Source: Candidatus Caldarchaeum sp. (GTDB taxonomy: Archaea > Thermoproteota > Nitrososphaeria_A > Caldarchaeales > Caldarchaeaceae). From it: a stretch of 12,137 bases of DNA. Below, piece after piece: positions 7,622-12,137 of this stretch. The translations under genes were made by a program, and so were the position numbers. Where the stretch lies: contig JAWBRA010000004.1 of assembly GCA_038844785.1 (NCBI GenBank), forward strand, positions 76,322 to 88,458. The letters run 5' to 3'. The notes under the pieces were generated by a model. The model had not been told where the DNA came from. It did no database searches and was given only the letters and a program-made list of their open reading frames with translations. Within the stretch, counting starts at the first letter, position 1, and each line of letters opens with the position of its first letter.

Positions 7622-8606
7622 GCCGCAGCAGAGGTATCGTGTGAAGCTCAAACGGGTTAACCTGCTTAAGCTTTGCAAGAGCTATGCTGACTAGGTCGGC
7701 GTAGGAAATATGCTTTAACAACTCATCCCTAAACTCAGTTGACTGAATAACAACCTCCCTGCACACACCTCCCCGGCAGATGATAAAATCCTTCATCCAC
7801 TCAAACACATCGGAATAAATGGGATGCTCGAAAACGCTTCTCTGGAGTACGAAATTAAAGTTTCCAGCCTCAGGCCATCCCTCAACCTCGTTGTGGCATG
7901 CTTCGGGGAGGAGGACAGTGTAGGCTTGATGCTTGGCGTTTTCGTTGAGCTGGGCTTTCAGCCTACTGGCTGCAGCGGCGAGGTGGCTGTGGGAGATGCA
8001 GACGACAACTCTTCCAAGAAACGATTCTGCCGTAGACAGTATGCCTCCGTCCTCCCACCCGCTGAAACCTTTCAGATAATCCGATAGCTCTCTGGCTGCT
8101 TTCTTAAAAGAACTTGCCGGAAAACCCTCAGCGCATGAAAGGATGCCGTAGACCGCGCCAACCATTTCTGGTACAGCATACCTCGGCTGAAGACCTTGGG
8201 AAACCTCGACGACCGACACCCCTTTAGACGTGAAAATCTCGGTTAAACGCCCTCCAGAAGAAACTCCAACGACCTGCGCCCCCTTAGACAGTGCATCCAG
8301 GGAGGCGAGGACAGTCTCCGCCGTGTTTCCGGAGTAGCTGACAGCAACAGCTAAAGTGTCGGAGCCTACCCATTGAGGGGTTCTAAAGTCTTTCAACGTG
8401 TGGACAAACAGCTCGGATGACGGTTCCTTAAGTGCTGCGACTATGTCGCCCACTATTCCCGAGCCTCCTACGCCAAGCAGCAACAGCTTCTTGAAAGGCT
8501 TTAAACCGAGGAACGATAATGCCTCAACGCCTTTCCTAAAACCCTCCACATACATTTTTGGAGAGCTTAACACGGTGTGCCAAGCCTGTTGATAGACATC
8601 TTCCAT
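7596..8606 (-). CDS. Bifunctional phosphoglucose/phosphomannose isomerase (crenarchaeal-type PGI/PMI)
   Basis: SIS-domain motifs GVGGSG and SYSGNTAET, plus QPR, KAQLNENAK and PEACHNEVEGW. Confidence 0.92.
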   Translation of the reverse strand: MEDVYQQAWHTVLSSPKMYVEGFRKGVEALSFLGLKPFKKLLLLGVGGSGIVGDIVAALKEPSSELFVHTLKDFRTPQWVGSDTLAVAVSYSGNTAETVLASLDALSKGAQVVGVSSGGRLTEIFTSKGVSVVEVSQGLQPRYAVPEMVGAVYGILSCAEGFPASSFKKAARELSDYLKGFSGWEDGGILSTAESFLGRVVVCISHSHLAAAASRLKAQLNENAKHQAYTVLLPEACHNEVEGWPEAGNFNFVLQRSVFEHPIYSDVFEWMKDFIICRGGVCREVVIQSTEFRDELLKHISYADLVSIALAKLKQVNPFELHTIPLLRPKLRRHLP

Positions 8607-8629
8607 GCTGTCTCAACCACGCATAAGCG

Positions 8630-9424
8630 TTAGGATGTCAAGGTTTTCAGCCTTTCTTGAAAGTATTGGATGGATTGCTCAAGCATATTCCTGTGCTTCT
8701 TTTCCGCTATAAAGTCCACGACGACGATAGATCCGTCTTCAACACCTTTGGGGTTGCTTTTGAGATAGACCATTGGAAACTTCTTCATGGTTTCGACAAG
8801 AAGGGGTGCGAGCCTAGACTCAACCACATCCCTGACGGTTAGGCTTTCCACAACATATCCCCTCCCCCTAGACTCCTTCTCAAGAACAGGGGCAAGCTCG
8901 TTGTCGAAAATACTCATCAGCTCTTTCGGCACTCCAGGCAGGCAGACTATCCTAGTGCCTCTTTTTTCTATCAGAACCCCTGGGGCCGCGCCCACGGTGT
9001 TGTTTAAAGGCTTCGAACCCATGGGAAGCTTCGCCATCTTAAGCCTCTCTTTGGTCAGGGTCGGGTCTTTTATCAAACCTTTTTCGGCCAAAGCCTGATA
9101 CCTACGCCTGAGGTTTTCGACAACGTCCTTGTGTAGAACAAGCCGTTTTCCCAAGGCTTTCGCAACCGCTTGAAGGGTTTTGTCGTCGTGAGTTGGGCCT
9201 AAGCCGCCGCTGACTATAATCCAGCGGGGCTTTCTCCTCAAAGATTCTTTCAAAGCATTCGCGATATCCGTTAAATCATCCCTGACTATTGTAGCCCTCG
9301 CCACAACGTACCCCAGCTGGCTCAGCCTTCCGCAAACCCAGTTGAGGTTGGTGTTCAATGTTCTTCCGTCTAAAAGCTCGTTTCCAACGTTTATCACTTC
9401 AACCCTGTAGCTTGAGGCTGTCAT
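8630..9424 (-). CDS. CinA N-terminal / MoCF-binding-fold protein (COG1058, pyrophosphatase family), without a PncC domain
   Basis: VGNELLDGRTLNTN, VRDD, SGGLGPTHDDKT, NTVGAAPG, LPGVPKEL and ESRLAP motifs; 264 aa with no NMN deamidase C-terminal domain. Confidence 0.9.
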   Translation of the reverse strand: MTASSYRVEVINVGNELLDGRTLNTNLNWVCGRLSQLGYVVARATIVRDDLTDIANALKESLRRKPRWIIVSGGLGPTHDDKTLQAVAKALGKRLVLHKDVVENLRRRYQALAEKGLIKDPTLTKERLKMAKLPMGSKPLNNTVGAAPGVLIEKRGTRIVCLPGVPKELMSIFDNELAPVLEKESRGRGYVVESLTVRDVVESRLAPLLVETMKKFPMVYLKSNPKGVEDGSIVVVDFIAEKKHRNMLEQSIQYFQERLKTLTS

Positions 9425-9450
9425 GCCGTAAACACGGACTTCCGGCTTTG

Positions 9451-9456
9451 ATTAAA
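9451..9456 (-). promoter_or_regulatory. Candidate TATA box for the CinA-like gene
   Basis: TTTAAT on the minus strand, 26 nt upstream of ATG 9424, in a 37-bp gap. Confidence 0.45.
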
Positions 9457-9461
9457 CTTTG

Positions 9462-10154
9462 TCAAAGGCGTAGCAGCTCGGCCTCGACATCGTTTTCCGC
9501 AATTCTGAGGGCTGCGCAGAAACCATCCCTGGCAGGGCCGGCGTTGACAACCTTTGTCCTCCCAATCATGGATATTGAACGTGCTTCATGGATGTGTCCG
9601 CAGCAAACAGCTAGAGGCTTATGCTTCTCAACATAATCTCTCACCGCTGTGCTTCCGAGATGTGTTCCACGGCCTATGTCTGCGTCGGCTCCGTAAGGCG
9701 GGGTGTGGCTAACCAGTATAAAGTTCGGAGAAGAAGGGTTTAACGTCGAGAGCATCGATGCGAACTGGTCCTCGCTGAACTCTATGTATGTGTTGAACGG
9801 TGAGATGTTTCCGCCAGCCAATCCGACAAGCTCAAAGCCGCCGAACCTTACCTTCCTCAGGTGAAGGTTTACGATGCGGGGGTTGCGCGGTGTCCATGAA
9901 AGGAGCGATGGATGGTCACAGTTTCCTGCTACGAAGAACACGTCTAAACCAGTTTCAGCAAGTTTTCCAAGAAGGTTTTCTGCCTGCGGTATGCTGCCGA
10001 AATGGGTTACGTCGCCTGCAACAATTATGGCGTCAAACCCCTTAGCCTTCTCAGCCGCCCTAGAAACAGAGTCAAAGCTTCCATGCACATCGGATATCTG
10101 TAGGAGACGCATCACATTAAACCCTTGTCCCACATATTTCAACGTTTCCGACAA
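9462..10154 (-). CDS. Calcineurin-like metallophosphoesterase (Icc-related)
   Basis: SDVHG, AGD, GNCD, SHTPP and GHIHE metal-binding motifs. Start is TTG 10154 (GGAGG just upstream) or ATG 10112. Confidence 0.92.
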   Translation of the reverse strand: MSETLKYVGQGFNVMRLLQISDVHGSFDSVSRAAEKAKGFDAIIVAGDVTHFGSIPQAENLLGKLAETGLDVFFVAGNCDHPSLLSWTPRNPRIVNLHLRKVRFGGFELVGLAGGNISPFNTYIEFSEDQFASMLSTLNPSSPNFILVSHTPPYGADADIGRGTHLGSTAVRDYVEKHKPLAVCCGHIHEARSISMIGRTKVVNAGPARDGFCAALRIAENDVEAELLRL

Positions 10155-10213
10155 CCAGCCTCCGGCAACAAGCCTATCCTATAACGCTTTTTAGCAAGCT
10201 AGACAGCGATTGC

Positions 10214-10795
10214 ATGTTGTGGCCTGGTGCGAAGGTCAGGGACATAGTGAAGACATCCATAATAACAGTTGACGGACATGCATCGGTACTTGAAACAGCC
10301 AAGCTGATGAGTGAGAAGCAGATAAGCGGGGTCGTGGTCACAATCAACGGGGTTCCCGTGGGATTGGTGACCGAGAGGGACATAGTGGTGAGAGTTGTGT
10401 CCAAAAACTTGGACCCGTCTAGGACGATGGTCAAAGAAGTAATGAGCTCCCCCCTCATAACAATCCCCATCGACGCTTCAATCCTGGAAGCGGTCGATTT
10501 GATGAACAGGAAAAAGGTTCGAAGAGTTGTTGTCACAGAAGACGACAAAGTTGTCGGAATTTTCACCGTCAGAGACGTGCTGGCGCTTTCAAGGCTTTGC
10601 AGCTACTGCGGCAAGCAGATAAAACCAGTCTTAGCATCCCAGCCTGAAGCCGAGGCAGACATGGTCATCGAATGCAGCTGCGGAGCCCTATACCATATGG
10701 AATGCGCCAAAACAATTGTTTACTGCATATACTGTTCGAGGAAGCTTGTGGCTGAGGTTTATTATCCGGCGCCGGAAGACACTTTCAGCGGCTGA
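10214..10795 (+). CDS. CBS-pair protein with C-terminal C4HC3 RING/PHD-like zinc finger
   Basis: Two CBS repeats (GLVTERDI, VKEVMSSPLITI, VGIFTVRDV), then C-x2-C-x21-C-x-C-x4-H-x2-C-x6-C-x2-C. Confidence 0.88.
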   Translation: MLWPGAKVRDIVKTSIITVDGHASVLETAKLMSEKQISGVVVTINGVPVGLVTERDIVVRVVSKNLDPSRTMVKEVMSSPLITIPIDASILEAVDLMNRKKVRRVVVTEDDKVVGIFTVRDVLALSRLCSYCGKQIKPVLASQPEAEADMVIECSCGALYHMECAKTIVYCIYCSRKLVAEVYYPAPEDTFSG

Positions 10796-10797
10796 AG

Positions 10798-11742
10798 ATG
10801 AGTAGAACGTTCCTCTCTTATGTCGAGCTTGATGAGGAGAACCTCGCCAAGCTGAGGACCTACGCGGAAGTCTACACGCCTTCGAGCGCTAGGTTCGATG
10901 AGGCGAAGCAAAAAGCCGAGGCTGTACTATGCATCACGTTGAAAAAAGAGGATGTACAGATGCTTAAGAACCTCAGGTTTATCCAGGTTTTGTCGGCCGG
11001 GGTCGACGGCCTCCCATGGCAGGATATTCCACAGAACGTTGTTGTATGCGGTAACATGGGCTCTAACGCAGACGCCGTGGCTGAGCATGCGTGGAGCCTG
11101 ATCCTCACCTTGGCCAAAAAGCTCCACCACTACCTTCCTAAGGTTAGGTCTGGGGACTTCAAACGGGATGCGACGGTCCTCCAGCTTAAAGGCAAAAACC
11201 TCTGCATAGTAGGCATGGGCTCCATCGGCAGACGGGTCGCTGAAATAGGTAAGGCTTTTGGAATGCGTGTTTACGGAGTTACGCGGTCAGGCTCCTCCCC
11301 GATAGCCGTCGATAAGGTTGTCCCGTCTGAAGCGCTGGATGAGGTTTTGAGGGAGAGCGACATTATAGTCCTCGCAGCTCCGTTGACAAAGCACACCAGA
11401 GGCCTGATAGGCTTGGAAAGGCTCCGCATCCTCAAGAAGAGCTGTATCTTGGTAAACGTTGGGAGGGCGGAATTGATAGACAGGGAGGGGCTTCTGGCGT
11501 ACATGCGGGAAAACCCTGAAGCCGCTGTGGCAACCGATGTTTGGTGGAATGTTGTACGCGAAGGACCTTGGGAAACCGAGCTCGTCAAACACCCCAACTT
11601 CATAGGCACCCCATGGATAGCGGGAGCTTTCGGCTCGCCGGAAGTTTTGAAACAAATGACCCGCATGGCGGTCGAAAACATAATCAGATACTTTAGAGGG
11701 GAAAAACCATTGAACATCGTCGACAGGGCTGAATACGTCTGA
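10798..11742 (+). CDS. D-isomer-specific 2-hydroxyacid dehydrogenase family protein
   Basis: SAGVD, AVAEHA, GMGSIG Rossmann motif, PLTKHTRGLI, NVGRA, DVWW, and TPWIAG in place of TPHIAG. Starts 2 nt after the CBS gene stop. Confidence 0.92.
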   Translation: MSRTFLSYVELDEENLAKLRTYAEVYTPSSARFDEAKQKAEAVLCITLKKEDVQMLKNLRFIQVLSAGVDGLPWQDIPQNVVVCGNMGSNADAVAEHAWSLILTLAKKLHHYLPKVRSGDFKRDATVLQLKGKNLCIVGMGSIGRRVAEIGKAFGMRVYGVTRSGSSPIAVDKVVPSEALDEVLRESDIIVLAAPLTKHTRGLIGLERLRILKKSCILVNVGRAELIDREGLLAYMRENPEAAVATDVWWNVVREGPWETELVKHPNFIGTPWIAGAFGSPEVLKQMTRMAVENIIRYFRGEKPLNIVDRAEYV

Positions 11743-11746
11743 CATG

Positions 11747-11753
11747 TTTAATA
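11747..11753 (+). promoter_or_regulatory. TATA box of the tRNA gene
   Basis: TTTAATA ending 25 nt before the mature tRNA 5' end. Confidence 0.6.
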
Positions 11754-11778
11754 CGGACAGCATAGGATTTTAGCTGGA

Positions 11779-11887
11779 GCCGGGGTCCCACAGCCAGGCA
11801 GTGGGCCGGCCTCGAGATCGAATGGAAGCTGGTCAGGAAAGCCGGTGGCCTTCACGGGCCGCGTGGGTTCAAATCCCACCCCCGGCG
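11779..11887 (+). tRNA. tRNA-Ser(CGA) with a 23-nt intron at 37/38 (11817-11839); CCA not encoded
   Basis: Acceptor GCCGGGG/CCCCGGC with G discriminator; D stem CCAC/GTGG; anticodon stem CCGGC/GCCGG with CT-CGA-G; long variable arm GGCCT/GGGCC; T arm GTGGG-TTCAAAT-CCCAC. Confidence 0.92.
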
Positions 11888-11920
11888 CATTTTATATACA
11901 TAATTAGGTTGGATGTGATG

Positions 11921-11949
11921 TTGTTTTTCTTTTTTCTTGGTTTTTTCTT
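11921..11949 (+). terminator. Oligo-T tracts, candidate archaeal terminator for the tRNA transcript
   Basis: TTGTTTTTCTTTTTTCTTGGTTTTTTCTT starts about 35 nt after the tRNA. Confidence 0.5.
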
Positions 11950-12011
11950 AATAAGGTGTATTATGGTATTTAAAGGCTGGAAGAGCTTTTAAACGTTTTT
12001 TGTCAAAATTG

Positions 12012-12137
12012 GGCTCTGTTAACTTAAGCCATCTTCATCACCCCTTTTATGCTGTTTATCAGGTGTAGCGTCTCTGGCTGGGTGATTATGTGGATTAGGT
12101 TCAGCCATTTCCATACATGCTCTAGAATGCATGGTTT
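12012..12137 (-). mobile_element. Probable right end of an IS6-family insertion sequence (partial)
   Basis: GGCTCTGTTAACTT at 12012-12025 resembles IS6-family terminal IRs (GGCACTGTT/GGTTCTGTT) and overlaps the stop codon of an incoming minus-strand ORF. Only one end is visible. Confidence 0.6.
12024..12137 (-). CDS. C-terminal 37 aa of a probable IS6-like DDE transposase (partial)
   Basis: KPCILEHVWKWLNLIHIITQPETLHLINSIKGVMKMA*. The C.L.HV..WL.L pattern resembles C-termini of archaeal IS6-like transposases as I recall them, and the stop falls in the putative IR. Confidence 0.55.
   Translation of the reverse strand, partial: KPCILEHVWKWLNLIHIITQPETLHLINSIKGVMKMA

Noticed and set aside
10174-10566. 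130-aa Thr/Ser-rich minus-strand ORF
   Set aside because: Antisense to the Val-rich CBS gene, which explains its composition.
10781-10795. C-terminal ...FSG of the CBS protein as a Ubl tail
   Set aside because: It is not a di-glycine.
11779-11887. tRNA-Sec or tRNA-Leu identity
   Set aside because: The 7-bp acceptor, 5-bp T stem, G discriminator and CGA after U33 fit Ser; the intron CAG is not in anticodon register.
11801-11992. 63-aa plus-strand ORF
   Set aside because: It overlaps the tRNA, and its Phe-rich segment comes from the oligo-T tract.

Overview
Archaeal chromosomal window: TATA boxes about 25 nt before start codons, a type A RNase P RNA, an intron-containing tRNA, a PAC2/Pba proteasome chaperone and a crenarchaeal-type PGI/PMI. 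Gene style suggests a thermophilic TACK lineage such as Aigarchaeota/Caldarchaeales (inference only). In order: the 5' end of an aldehyde:ferredoxin oxidoreductase (not in the ORF track) divergent from an aldo/keto reductase; a class II glutamine amidotransferase-like Ntn hydrolase; a membrane protein with four CxxC knuckles ending in LYLRGG; RNase P RNA; a PAC2-Hsp20 operon; acetyl-CoA synthetase plus a COG0212 5-formyl-THF cyclo-ligase paralog; metallophosphoesterase, CinA-N and PGI/PMI on the minus strand; a CBS-pair protein fused to a C4HC3 RING/PHD-like finger; a 2-hydroxyacid dehydrogenase with His replaced by Trp; tRNA-Ser(CGA) with an intron; an AT-rich tract; and the probable end of an IS6-family element. 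The most notable leads are the ubiquitin-like LxLRGG tail on the membrane protein and the CBS-RING-like fusion, both near proteasome-linked genes. These are hypotheses from motif reading; no searches were run.
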